A DNA stretch of 62,860 nucleotides, taken from IMG/VR virus record IMGVR_UViG_3300032282_002104, positions 1 through 62,860 of that record, one strand, 5' to 3'. Shown one piece after another: positions 1 through 8,969 of this stretch. Source of the stretch: a virus. Lineage: Duplodnaviria > Caudoviricetes. A program made the translations under genes and the position numbers. Below the pieces are notes generated by a model. The model ran no database searches. It was not told where the DNA came from and saw only the letters and a program-made list of their open reading frames with translations. Position 1 is the stretch's first letter. Each line of letters begins with the position of its first letter.

Positions 1-2
1 GC

Positions 3-1556
3 ATTCTGAGTGCTTAACTGCGCAGCACTAACTACTGATACGGCATTACTTACAGTATTAACATGTGTTTCAACTGATGCAACGGCAGCACTGACTACAC
101 TTACTGCATTACTTACTGTGTTTATGGCACTTTGCGCTGCTGCGCTAACGGCACTTATAGTATTGCTTATTGCTGAAATTGCATTGCTTACAACATTAAT
201 AGCACTTTGTAAATTGCTTTTTGCACTTGCTAAATCAGCACTAGTAACTGAAACTGAATTACTAATACCATCAATTCTTACGCTTAGAGCATTATCAGCA
301 CTGGTCATCTGTGCTGAGTTAGTTGCTACCTGAGCACTAACTGTACTTACTGCATTGCTTACAGTATTAATATGACTTTCTAATGCAGCACTTGCTGCTG
401 TTCTTACAGATATTTCATTGCTTAAGGCATTCCAAGTGCTTAACTGGGCAGCACTAACTACGCTAACTGCATTACTGATTGCGTTATCAGCACTGGTCAT
501 CTGTGCTGAGTTAGTTGCTACTTGAGCACTAACTACACTTATGCCATTACCAACTGCACTTACTGCATTGCTTACAGTATTAATATGAGTTTCTAATGCA
601 GCACTTGCTGCTGCTCTTACAGAAATTTCGTTGCTAACTGCATTCCAGGTGCTTAATTGAGCTGCACTTACAACTGATACTGCATTACTGATTGCATTGT
701 CTGCACTGGTCATCTGTGCTGAGTTAGTTGCTACCTGAGCACTAACTACACTAACAGCATTGCTTACAGTATTAATAGCATTAATAACATCTATACCACC
801 TACAACTAGGTTAGAGTTAACATAAAGTTTTTCTCCAATACCTACACCGCCTGCTATTACTAAAGCACCAGAAGTAGTGCTAGAAGATGCAGCAGCATTA
901 GTAACATTAATTCTGCTTGCTGTAGCAATGTTACCACCATTAGTTGTAACTGTTAAATCAATATTAGTACCAGAAGTATTGATACTGTCTGTACCTACTC
1001 TGATGTTACCAACCGTAACATTACCAGCTACAGTTAAAGTGTTTGTTGTTTCGTTATATGCAAGATCTGATTCAGATTTTAATGACCCACCTGTGGTACC
1101 ATATACTACTTGACCTGATGCAACATTACCAATATTGGCACTAAAATTACTTGCTGTTAAATTTCCAACAATAAGATCAGCATAGCCAGATTTGTTTATA
1201 GTTCCAGCAGTTGAACCAGTTTCTGTGGTAAAGGTTGCCATAAAACGATCATTAGACTCGTCCCAAGCAAAAGCCACGTTGGTGTCGGTTCCGCGCTCAA
1301 TTACAATACCAGAGTCTAAGGCAGCAGCTCCTGATTGGCTTCTGGCTAAAACAATTAATGGATCTGCTACTACTGTATTAGTAGTGTCAATAATAGTGGT
1401 AGCACCTTGTACCGTAAGGTTGCCAGTAATAGTTAAGTTACTAGGATAAATTAAGTCTAAATCTAATTTTCCAGCAGTAACTGCATTATTTGCCAGTTTT
1501 GAACCGATAACTTCTAAGTCGGTAATCTGATTGCGTTTAATTCTTGTTATAGACAT
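3..1556 (-). CDS. Tail fibre / virion fibre protein, 3'-truncated by window edge
   Basis: Not in the ORF track because it runs off the left edge. Read manually from ATG at 1556 (MSITRIKRNQITDLEVIGSKLANN...). AAGGA SD and TAAATA upstream. Contains a SGALVIAGGVGIG fibre motif and Ser/Ala/Asn/Val-rich coiled-coil repeats. Confidence 0.8.
   Translation of the reverse strand, partial: MSITRIKRNQITDLEVIGSKLANNAVTAGKLDLDLIYPSNLTITGNLTVQGATTIIDTTNTVVADPLIVLARSQSGAAALDSGIVIERGTDTNVAFAWDESNDRFMATFTTETGSTAGTINKSGYADLIVGNLTASNFSANIGNVASGQVVYGTTGGSLKSESDLAYNETTNTLTVAGNVTVGNIRVGTDSINTSGTNIDLTVTTNGGNIATASRINVTNAAASSSTTSGALVIAGGVGIGEKLYVNSNLVVGGIDVINAINTVSNAVSVVSAQVATNSAQMTSADNAISNAVSVVSAAQLSTWNAVSNEISVRAAASAALETHINTVSNAVSAVGNGISVVSAQVATNSAQMTSADNAISNAVSVVSAAQLSTWNALSNEISVRTAASAALESHINTVSNAVSTVSAQVATNSAQMTSADNALSVRIDGISNSVSVTSADLASAKSNLQSAINVVSNAISAISNTISAVSAAAQSAINTVSNAVSVVSAAVASVETHVNTVSNAVSVVSAAQLSTQN
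290..780 (-). repeat. Three imperfect intragenic repeats (~190-215 bp spacing) encoding SAQVATNSAQMTSADNA(I/L)S
   Basis: cactggtcatctgtgctgagttagttgctac recurs near 299, 491 and 704 with similar flanks. Confidence 0.85.
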
Positions 1557-1583
1557 CTGAGCTATCCTTGGGCGGTATAGCTT

Positions 1584-1590
1584 TATTTAT
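1584..1590 (-). promoter_or_regulatory. T4-type late promoter (ATAAATA)
   Basis: Intergenic, upstream of the fibre gene; matches the gp55 TATAAATA core. Confidence 0.6.
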
Positions 1591-1603
1591 TTAAAATGGC
1601 ATA

Positions 1604-3448
1604 TTAAACGATTCGAGTTTTGTGTACTTTTACAGTATTACCAGTACCAGAACCTACGAAAATTAGCTGGACCGTACTACCTACCATGTCTACCCCTAAC
1701 GTTCCTAAACTACTAGAAGTATATAAAGTAGAGCTAGAAATGTAAGGATTTGTGCCATTATGTACTACCATGGCGTCAAAAACCTGATGGTTTGACCCGT
1801 TGCTTACCTGCACAAAGTACTTGGTACTTCTGTAGCTGGAAGTAGTAAATGTATCTACAATCGTATTACCAGTTCCAGCACTGATTCCGGTCTGATTATA
1901 AGTTATACCAGTGCCCGCTGTTAGATTTAAGTTTGAGTCTATTACCAGTCGTTCTGTACCAGCAGTAGTTATACGAACTTTGTTATCGCCAACAGTGTCT
2001 TCTACAGTAACTATGGTATTAACCGCTTCGTTTTGTATGGTTGGGCCAAGTCCAACTAAACTAGTATTCAAACTACGAATTTCAACAGTATCGATGCTAG
2101 TTGGAGCATCTGCAAAAATAATATCAGCACCGCTTAAGGTATAAGCTACCCCTGGTAACTGCATTACACCGTTTAGTGTTACAATGTAGTTTTCAACTGG
2201 TACTGTTTGACTTGCCGTAAAGGTAGTAGTACTGTTATCGCCCTGGTAAATGTCTAAGCTCATTAAACCTGTTGTTGGGCTGGCATTTATCCAGGTTGCA
2301 CCGTTGTAATATTCTAGGTATCCTGAACTGGTATTATATCTGACATATCCAGCAGTTGCACCGGCTGGTCTAGATCCTTCAGGACCAGCAGGAATTAAAA
2401 TTGCAGTATCAGTATTAATATCCACAATACCATAGTTATTAGGCTGAATTACTACATTGCCGTTAGTATTAGCATTACTTAATGTATCTGTTGTAATGGT
2501 TAACGAAGCAGCTTCTAATCTGCTAGTTGCTGTAATTGTACTGGCATGTATGTTACCTGATACACCTAATCCGCCAGTTACCACTATTGTGCCAGTTGAA
2601 ACATCTGCGCTAGGAGTATTGCCAGTAAAACTGTAAGTTGCGCCACTAAATGTCTGGCTGCTAGTCATAATTACACTAACATGATTGCTTACTACATTTA
2701 TAGCACTTGCTAGGTTGTTATTAACGCTTGTTAGCTGCGCACTAACTGCGCTGACTGCATTACTTAGTTTAGTATCTATGCTTGCTAGATTTGAACTTAT
2801 AGCACTAATTCTGTTGTTAGTGCTAACAACAGCAGCACTCACTGCACTTATAACATTGCTTAAAGCATTGTCTGCGCTGGTCATCTGAGCAGAATTAGCT
2901 GCCACTGCTGAAGTTAAAACACTTATGGTATCTTTGATGTTCATACCTGCTACATTTAATGTAGCACTAACATATAAACTTCCACCTACGCCAACCCCAC
3001 CTGCTACAACTAAAGCACCTGAACTAGTAGTTGACGAGGATGTGGTGGCTGAAACATTAATATTACTAATAACTTGAACATTTGCACCTGCTACTGGACT
3101 CAGAGTTAAATCACCAGAAGTGGTGCTTACATTACTTATTATGGCTTTGGATGTGCTAATATTGCCAGCGTTTAGGTTTCCAGAAACTACTACAATTCCA
3201 GAGCCATTTCCTGACAAATTTAAGTTTGCACTAGCAATTAATGGGCTAATATTGCCTGAATCTAGTACAATATTACCAATCTGAGCATTGCCTGTGATAT
3301 CAAGTACATAGGCAGGAATAGCATTACGGATGCCAATACGATTAGTCGTAACATCAAAATATAGTAAATCGGTTTCAACACTTAAGTTTATGCCCTGTCG
3401 TTCCAGATTGCTCTGGAGCATAGGGCCGCTAATTCTGCCTATAGCCAT
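1604..3448 (-). CDS. Virion structural / fibre protein (614 aa)
   Basis: SGALVVAGGVGVGG repeats, coiled-coil module shared with other fibres, GYVRYNT..LEYYNG and GDNSTTTF motifs typical of large-phage fibre proteins. Confidence 0.7.
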   Translation of the reverse strand: MAIGRISGPMLQSNLERQGINLSVETDLLYFDVTTNRIGIRNAIPAYVLDITGNAQIGNIVLDSGNISPLIASANLNLSGNGSGIVVVSGNLNAGNISTSKAIISNVSTTSGDLTLSPVAGANVQVISNINVSATTSSSTTSSGALVVAGGVGVGGSLYVSATLNVAGMNIKDTISVLTSAVAANSAQMTSADNALSNVISAVSAAVVSTNNRISAISSNLASIDTKLSNAVSAVSAQLTSVNNNLASAINVVSNHVSVIMTSSQTFSGATYSFTGNTPSADVSTGTIVVTGGLGVSGNIHASTITATSRLEAASLTITTDTLSNANTNGNVVIQPNNYGIVDINTDTAILIPAGPEGSRPAGATAGYVRYNTSSGYLEYYNGATWINASPTTGLMSLDIYQGDNSTTTFTASQTVPVENYIVTLNGVMQLPGVAYTLSGADIIFADAPTSIDTVEIRSLNTSLVGLGPTIQNEAVNTIVTVEDTVGDNKVRITTAGTERLVIDSNLNLTAGTGITYNQTGISAGTGNTIVDTFTTSSYRSTKYFVQVSNGSNHQVFDAMVVHNGTNPYISSSTLYTSSSLGTLGVDMVGSTVQLIFVGSGTGNTVKVHKTRIV

Positions 3449-3478
3449 TTCAGGTATCCTTAGCTATATTTAGCTTGA

Positions 3479-3889
3479 TTAGCTAGCGTATCCGTGTAGC
3501 AGAACGATAGTATGACCAAGTGGTGGTGGGCTGGTGAAAGTAATGGTTGTAGAGCCATCAAAAGTAAATGCTACACCAGGATTTTGAAAAACGTTGTTGA
3601 TAAAAACTAAAACTGCCTTTTCCTGTCCAGCAGTATAACTAAAACTCATTGGACTAAAAGTTAAGGTAGAGCTGTCACCAGTAAATGTGTCTTTAGTTAT
3701 AGTAGCAGCACCTGCCGTTCTGAGTGAACTCCAAGTACCATTGATATATGCTTCTAAAACATTAGTTGTAGTATTGTACCGAATCTGACCATTTGAGCTT
3801 GCACTTGGTCTCAGAGTAGTAGCCCCGCCTGGTATTTTTGCGGTAGTTTCGCCTACTTTAATCTTGGTATTTTTAAGGCTGCGTCCCAA
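3479..3889 (-). CDS. Virion structural protein (~136 aa, probable TTG start)
   Basis: The track ORF overlaps the upstream gene. An in-frame TTG at 3889 follows GGAG and the upstream stop. GQIRYNTTTNVLEAY and FTGDSSTLTF motifs are shared with the neighbour. Confidence 0.65.
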   Translation of the reverse strand: MGRSLKNTKIKVGETTAKIPGGATTLRPSASSNGQIRYNTTTNVLEAYINGTWSSLRTAGAATITKDTFTGDSSTLTFSPMSFSYTAGQEKAVLVFINNVFQNPGVAFTFDGSTTITFTSPPPLGHTIVLLHGYAS

Positions 3890-3891
3890 AA

Positions 3892-4206
3892 TTAAACTCC
3901 AACGTAACTTACAGTAGCAGTCACTGAAGAAGCTGAGCTGCAATTTGCGGCTAGTGCATCATTAGTGCCTAAAATTAACTTTTCAACATCCATGATGTAG
4001 GTGTCGGCTGCGGCAATAGTTAATGTTTTGTAAATCTGATTACCGGCTCCGTATGTTCCTGAAGCTGGAATAGCCCAGACATTTATAGTTACATCCCCTG
4101 CGCTAGTATTACAAAAATATACTGTGCTCACTACAGTATTTCCTGAACTTGCATAAATGTTACCAGGTGTTGATGAGTTTGTTAATTGTGTACATTGTAT
4201 TGTCAT
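3892..4206 (-). CDS. Hypothetical virion protein (104 aa, beta-rich)
   Basis: Co-oriented within the structural operon, GGA SD, Thr/Ser-rich. Confidence 0.6.
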   Translation of the reverse strand: MTIQCTQLTNSSTPGNIYASSGNTVVSTVYFCNTSAGDVTINVWAIPASGTYGAGNQIYKTLTIAAADTYIMDVEKLILGTNDALAANCSSASSVTATVSYVGV

Positions 4207-4216
4207 GTTAATTCCG

Positions 4217-4867
4217 TTATAGTATTAATCCAAATAATACGGCTTTGCTTTTGCTTACTAGTTCATCTGATGCAGTTGCATTAACTACATACACACCTGA
4301 CCCGCCGTTGTTAGGTGCTTTAGCATAAAGTTTATTGTAGCTACTTAAGCTACTTGGATCTGATCCCTGATTTTGCAGAGTTAAAACATCATCTAGTTTA
4401 ACTAACCCAGATCCATCTGCATCAATAACAATGTTTCCATTGCTTGCACTGGTTATTTTATGTCCGTTTACATCTAAGTCGCCGCCCAATTGGGGGCTAG
4501 TGTCGTCTACAACATTACCTAATCCACCTGAAGTAATAGGGTTCCAGGTAGAACCATCATTAGTTAATTCCCAACGAGTTAAACTTTCGTTCCATCTAAA
4601 TCCAGTGTTAGATAAACTACCGCGTTCAATTTCAATACCTGAATAGCCCAGGGTAACGCCTGCGCCGGCTTCACCAGAATTTAATACAATAGTATTGTCT
4701 GAAATTAAGCTGTTTGTAGACTCTACACTAGTGGTAGAGCCAATTACGACCAAATTTCCAATTACATTTAAATTGGTTGTTGTAACCACTACGTTTCCGG
4801 CAGTAGTGCCAGAACCGTTTACTGTGGTTATGTTATAATCGCCCTGAATTCGTTTATTAGTAGACAT
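4217..4867 (-). CDS. Virion structural protein (216 aa)
   Basis: GIEIERG..WNE segment related to the fibre at 3..1556; DTSPQLGGDLDVNG motif common in T4-like fibre proteins. Confidence 0.65.
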   Translation of the reverse strand: MSTNKRIQGDYNITTVNGSGTTAGNVVVTTTNLNVIGNLVVIGSTTSVESTNSLISDNTIVLNSGEAGAGVTLGYSGIEIERGSLSNTGFRWNESLTRWELTNDGSTWNPITSGGLGNVVDDTSPQLGGDLDVNGHKITSASNGNIVIDADGSGLVKLDDVLTLQNQGSDPSSLSSYNKLYAKAPNNGGSGVYVVNATASDELVSKSKAVLFGLIL

Positions 4868-4868
4868 A

Positions 4869-5441
4869 TTAGTTATTTATGATGGTTTGGAATTTAGCCA
4901 AATCCAAATGTTCTAAATTTTCTTGCTGTTTTAATTTATTAGGTATCAACGCATTTTCTGGTATAACTCTATGATATCTTACTTTTGGATGATGTTTTAT
5001 AACTGTTAGGGTCTGATCTACCCAGTTTCCGTAATAAGTCTCTGCATCTGAACTCTTTTTGTAATGTGCAGTATCCGCATACATATTATTAAATTTACTG
5101 CTTACTCCAGAGTAATCAAATCCTAAAATGTAAATAGTTTTAATATTGCTTATGGCTGATGCATAGCTTAGTGCAATGGGCCCTGAACTGTATCCATAAT
5201 TTAAAGTAATTTTTTTAGCCCCAGATTCTGGAAGCGGTTTACGGGTGTAAAATTCGTTAATTTTAGCATAACCAGATTTTTGTATTTCCTGGCTAATTCC
5301 ATCGTCTGTAGCAATCAAAACATCAGGAGCAAAATCTCTGTATAAAGCATTACACCCGTAAACTCTGCCCAGAGTTTTCAGTTTGTCTAAATCTATGCCT
5401 TTTCGGCTGGTTCCATTTCCGAGTACGAATGCTATAGCCAT
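4869..5441 (-). CDS. Sialyltransferase/MAF-like (GT29/GT42-type) nucleotide-binding fold protein
   Basis: N-terminal AFVLGNGTS, YGCNALY...PD, SSG and IYILGFD motifs. Confidence 0.55.
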   Translation of the reverse strand: MAIAFVLGNGTSRKGIDLDKLKTLGRVYGCNALYRDFAPDVLIATDDGISQEIQKSGYAKINEFYTRKPLPESGAKKITLNYGYSSGPIALSYASAISNIKTIYILGFDYSGVSSKFNNMYADTAHYKKSSDAETYYGNWVDQTLTVIKHHPKVRYHRVIPENALIPNKLKQQENLEHLDLAKFQTIINN

Positions 5442-5474
5442 AAAAAATCCCTGAGTATTTACCCAGGGATTCTT
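5442..5474 (-). terminator. Intrinsic terminator of the 5493..6128 gene, with a TAAATA late promoter in its loop
   Basis: aatccctg...cagggatt inverted repeat plus minus-strand T run; tattta at 5456-5461. Confidence 0.6.
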
Positions 5475-5492
5475 GTTAGCACCTAAAACTGA

Positions 5493-6128
5493 TTAGGCAG
5501 CGTCTACTCGTACAAAGGCTGTAGTACCAGCAGCTTTATCTGTAGCATAATCATTATTTGTTGTTGCAGCAGCTAACCAATAACGAAACTTGTCTGCGGG
5601 TGTTGAAAAATCATACACCCATTTGTTGGTAATGCGACTTGCATAAAATGTTGAAGCGTCTTGTTTAGTTACAAGAATACTCATTTCATTTGCACCCAAT
5701 GAACCAGATGCTTTATTTGCTAGTGTACAAACGCCAACTAGTGTAACTGTGCCTGATCCTGCACCAGCGGCTTTGGCTACAAAAATACCACCAACTTGTG
5801 CGTTGGATTTTGATGCGCCAACGGCCACCCAGTCGGTTGTGCCTACAGTTAAAATTCTATAAATGCTACCAACGACCATATCCTCGTCATTAATAGCTGT
5901 ACCGCTAGTAACTAGGAATTTCTTTGCACCTTTCTGAGCTAAAATTGAACCAGCAGCGGCTGCTTGTGCTCCAATTTTAACATATGGTCTAATAGTGTTA
6001 CCCGTCTGACTTGTCATACCGCCAGTACCACCAACATTATTACTGCTTATTAAGGTTGGAGACACAAATTTGTCGCGCACCTGTGCGTCTGTAGTAGGGG
6101 TATGTGTAATTTTTAATTTGTTTGCCAT
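5493..6128 (-). CDS. Probable virion structural protein (211 aa)
   Basis: Strong AAGGAG SD, own late promoter and terminator, Ala/Gly/Thr-rich. Confidence 0.6.
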   Translation of the reverse strand: MANKLKITHTPTTDAQVRDKFVSPTLISSNNVGGTGGMTSQTGNTIRPYVKIGAQAAAAGSILAQKGAKKFLVTSGTAINDEDMVVGSIYRILTVGTTDWVAVGASKSNAQVGGIFVAKAAGAGSGTVTLVGVCTLANKASGSLGANEMSILVTKQDASTFYASRITNKWVYDFSTPADKFRYWLAAATTNNDYATDKAAGTTAFVRVDAA

Positions 6129-6146
6129 TTATTTTCTCCTTGTGAT

Positions 6147-6193
6147 TAGCGTTCTAGGCTACTCGAAGTGGTGCTCCGAGAGTTCAGCTGAAC
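6147..6193 (-). promoter_or_regulatory. Candidate structured 5' leader (three adjacent hairpins)
   Basis: Minus strand reads GTTCA-GC-TGAAC, CTCGGAG-CACCA-CTTCGAG, TAGC-CTAGAAC-GCTA, between late promoter 6199-6205 and the SD. Confidence 0.5.
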
Positions 6194-6197
6194 ATTA

Positions 6198-6497
6198 TTA
6201 TTTATGAGATTTTTGTAATAATGATAGTAGCAGATGTTCCTGCATTATTGTGATTACACTATTGGCTTCTGTAATCTTTTCTGTATAAAGTCTCTTGCTG
6301 CTTACAGACCCAGTCCTGGTATAATTACGACGATGCTCGCTAGCATATTTAAGGATGTTGTCTACCGCCTTGAGTAATGTATCGAATTCTCTGTAATCCT
6401 TATACATATGATTCATCTGTGCTGTTTTTAACTTGTAGCGTAAGTCGTACCAGTCTTCTATTTCTGCTATCTGAATAGTTGTGATGTCTGCATCCAT
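6198..6497 (-). CDS. Hypothetical helical protein (~99 aa)
   Basis: ORF track 6198..6515; ATG at 6497 preferred because it lies 5 nt after a minus-strand TAAATA. Confidence 0.6.
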   Translation of the reverse strand: MDADITTIQIAEIEDWYDLRYKLKTAQMNHMYKDYREFDTLLKAVDNILKYASEHRRNYTRTGSVSSKRLYTEKITEANSVITIMQEHLLLSLLQKSHK

Positions 6498-6508
6498 ATA
6501 AATATTTA
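6497..6508. promoter_or_regulatory. Overlapping divergent late promoters (TATAAATA + strand / TAAATA - strand)
   Basis: tataaatattta, containing the palindrome taaatattta, between divergent genes. Confidence 0.65.
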
Positions 6509-6526
6509 CATACAAGGAGAACCCCT

Positions 6527-7147
6527 ATGGAATTTGATTTTGATTTCACACAAGAAAAACTAGCAGCCTGTTTACCCCGTAACAAGGATCCCGAAGGCTG
6601 GTTCAACATTATGTATGAAACTCTACAAAAATACGATATTAGCACCAGAGAAAGAGTAGCTGCTTTCATAGCACAAGCCGGACATGAAAGTGCTGAGTTT
6701 ACAATTTTAAAAGAAAACTTAAACTATACTGCTGAATCACTTCACAGAGTTTGGCCAAGCCGTTTTCCTACATTAGAAGCAGCACAACCTTATCACAAAA
6801 ATCCAGAAAAGATTGCTAACAAAGTTTACTCAGCTCGTATGGGCAATGGCGATGAACATTCTGGTGACGGTTGGAAGTTCCGTGGCCGCGGTGCTATTCA
6901 GTTAACAGGTCACGATAACTATAAGGCATTTGCTGCATCAGTAGGTATGAGCATTGATGAGGCAGTAGCTTACTGCGAAACTAATCAGGGTGCTTTAGAA
7001 AGTGCTTGCTGGTTCTGGCAAAAAAATAACCTGAATCAGTTTGCTGATACTGGTGATATGACTACGTTAACTAAACGCATTAACGGTGGTACATTAGGTT
7101 TAGAAGATCGCACTAAGCATTACAAACATGCCATGGAAGTTCTATAA
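6527..7147 (+). CDS. Glycoside hydrolase family 19 endolysin (chitinase-like lysozyme)
   Basis: AAFIAQAGHES, ENLNY, FRGRGAIQLTGHDNY, SACWFW and INGGTLGLEDR motifs; AAGGAG SD. Confidence 0.93.
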   Translation: MEFDFDFTQEKLAACLPRNKDPEGWFNIMYETLQKYDISTRERVAAFIAQAGHESAEFTILKENLNYTAESLHRVWPSRFPTLEAAQPYHKNPEKIANKVYSARMGNGDEHSGDGWKFRGRGAIQLTGHDNYKAFAASVGMSIDEAVAYCETNQGALESACWFWQKNNLNQFADTGDMTTLTKRINGGTLGLEDRTKHYKHAMEVL

Positions 7148-7150
7148 CGC

Positions 7151-7378
7151 ATGGGCATGACATTGCTAGATGACAATATCAAAAGTTTAATTGTAAACTT
7201 TGATGATGACACTTGCGAGGCTGGGTTCATTTTAAGAGAACTCAGCCGCAATGCCTTTGGTGCTAGACCGTTGGACCGAGTTAAAATGACTGAGGCTTTG
7301 GAAAAAGTTTGTGCTGAAGCAAAACCTATAGCTTTAGAAGTTATATATGCTATAGAATGTATTACTGCTAACAACTAA
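7151..7378 (+). CDS. Hypothetical protein (75 aa)
   Basis: Starts immediately after the endolysin and ends at the convergent gene's stop. Confidence 0.5.
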   Translation: MGMTLLDDNIKSLIVNFDDDTCEAGFILRELSRNAFGARPLDRVKMTEALEKVCAEAKPIALEVIYAIECITANN

Positions 7379-8398
7379 TTATTTCATTTGTTTTGTAATA
7401 AGTTTCATAAACTCTGGTCTAAAAAGTCTAAGATAATTTTGCTCTAGTCTACCAGAGTTTTGGATAAAGATTTTTTTAAGATCTAATTTACTTAGTCGCA
7501 ATAATTCAGCATGTATGGCATAAGTTTTTGGTACAAACCCTTCTATTTTATCATAGCTATGATCTATGATATCATCAAACATATCAAATCCGAGATCTCG
7601 CATAAATTGTACAGCGCCAGTCTGCGCACACATTAAGAACATCTGTCTGCATAATAAAGGTTTTGTAGTTTTTTCAGTTAAAATAGGTGCATCACAATGC
7701 ACATACAAGTCTATAAAATCACAACTTGTTTCTGTAACTAAATTTATATAGGTATCAGTATAGGCTAAATGTGTTACACCATGATCGTTTTGTCCGCTAT
7801 ATCCATCCTCATACGGACTGTAAGGAACTAAATGCCTAATCTTACCAAAAATGTTTGCAATATGTGGATCATTGCATTTATTCATCATCCTATCTAGATT
7901 ATCATTATGTTGTTCAGGTGTAAGATCACTATACATAGCCTTACCCCAAAAACTTATGCAACTGTCTGTAAAATAATCAGCTTCATGAAACAGGCAAAAA
8001 TTCATTAGTCTATGTGGTTTTAATTCTCTGTTTAAACAACTAAATTTAAATCTTCGTTGAGCTTTAGGAGTAAAGTTAACTAATGGATAAACAGCCATAA
8101 ACCAAAATGGGCAATATATTATATCTGGATCAGTTTTGTACCAATAAGTAAAATCACAAGTTAATGCTTTAACATTAGTGTTTGTTTTTCTTATTTCCAT
8201 AAGAACGTCTAACCAAGGATCCTTTTCCACCATAATTGGATCATAACTAGCATCTACCCAGATTTCTGTGGCATTTGCAATTTCTTCTAGAGTTGGTGGT
8301 TGGACATTATTATTAGCTATACCTATAAAACTTTTAATGTCTGTGTTTAAAATATGATGCAAATTATTTGCTTCACAATATTTTTTTAGTCTGTACAT
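7379..8398 (-). CDS. Putative glycosyltransferase-like protein (339 aa)
   Basis: FSCLNR..KPHR, YINLVTET, TEKTTKPL and LGFDMFDDIIDHSYD motifs of a family common in large-phage glyco-islands; TEK motif resembles GT10-type enzymes. Function inferred. Confidence 0.5.
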   Translation of the reverse strand: MYRLKKYCEANNLHHILNTDIKSFIGIANNNVQPPTLEEIANATEIWVDASYDPIMVEKDPWLDVLMEIRKTNTNVKALTCDFTYWYKTDPDIIYCPFWFMAVYPLVNFTPKAQRRFKFSCLNRELKPHRLMNFCLFHEADYFTDSCISFWGKAMYSDLTPEQHNDNLDRMMNKCNDPHIANIFGKIRHLVPYSPYEDGYSGQNDHGVTHLAYTDTYINLVTETSCDFIDLYVHCDAPILTEKTTKPLLCRQMFLMCAQTGAVQFMRDLGFDMFDDIIDHSYDKIEGFVPKTYAIHAELLRLSKLDLKKIFIQNSGRLEQNYLRLFRPEFMKLITKQMK

Positions 8399-8399
8399 A

Positions 8400-8969
8400 T
8401 TAATTTCCGTAAATTAGATTAGGATGAGAATCGAACCATTGTTTTACTACATCGTATTCAGCACCAAAATGCATATTAAAAACTAATCTAAGTTCATTAT
8501 TTCGTACTCCATGAGGATTCTTTGTTGATAATAGCCAAGGTTGGTCAGTTATGCTAGGATAAGTAAACTCCTGATTTAAATATTTGACGTAAGTTTCAGC
8601 ATTGGTTGTATTAATAGGATAATTTAATGCTGTAGGATAGTGGTTAAAATCTGTATGTTCTGCTGCATTGCTATTAAGTACACTAATTAGCCAGGTTGGA
8701 TTAAGATCTGACATATCAGCTAACATTTTAGGTAACCAGGTTAAATGTTTTTCCAACAATTTACTGTGGACCATGAACCAATTTTCACTTATATGATGAT
8801 GTATAACGCTGCCATGGTTACCTAAATCATAAAATGTAGCGTTGCCATAGGGTCTAATTTCACTATGATGTGTTTTTGATTTTTCTATGATAGTGTTTAC
8901 CATAGTCACAACTTTTGACCAATCCTGGATAATTTTTAAATCCACAGGACTAACAGGGTTCTGATACAT
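8400..8969 (-). CDS. Putative 2OG-Fe(II) oxygenase / cupin-fold protein
   Basis: HxD (HTD) ... PHGVRN ... RLVFN pattern consistent with a facial triad plus Arg. Confidence 0.55.
   Translation of the reverse strand: MYQNPVSPVDLKIIQDWSKVVTMVNTIIEKSKTHHSEIRPYGNATFYDLGNHGSVIHHHISENWFMVHSKLLEKHLTWLPKMLADMSDLNPTWLISVLNSNAAEHTDFNHYPTALNYPINTTNAETYVKYLNQEFTYPSITDQPWLLSTKNPHGVRNNELRLVFNMHFGAEYDVVKQWFDSHPNLIYGN

Noticed and set aside
10-1449. Plus-strand ORFs 10..333, 877..1113 and 1192..1449
   Set aside because: Antisense shadows of the minus-strand fibre gene 3..1556, caused by its codon bias.
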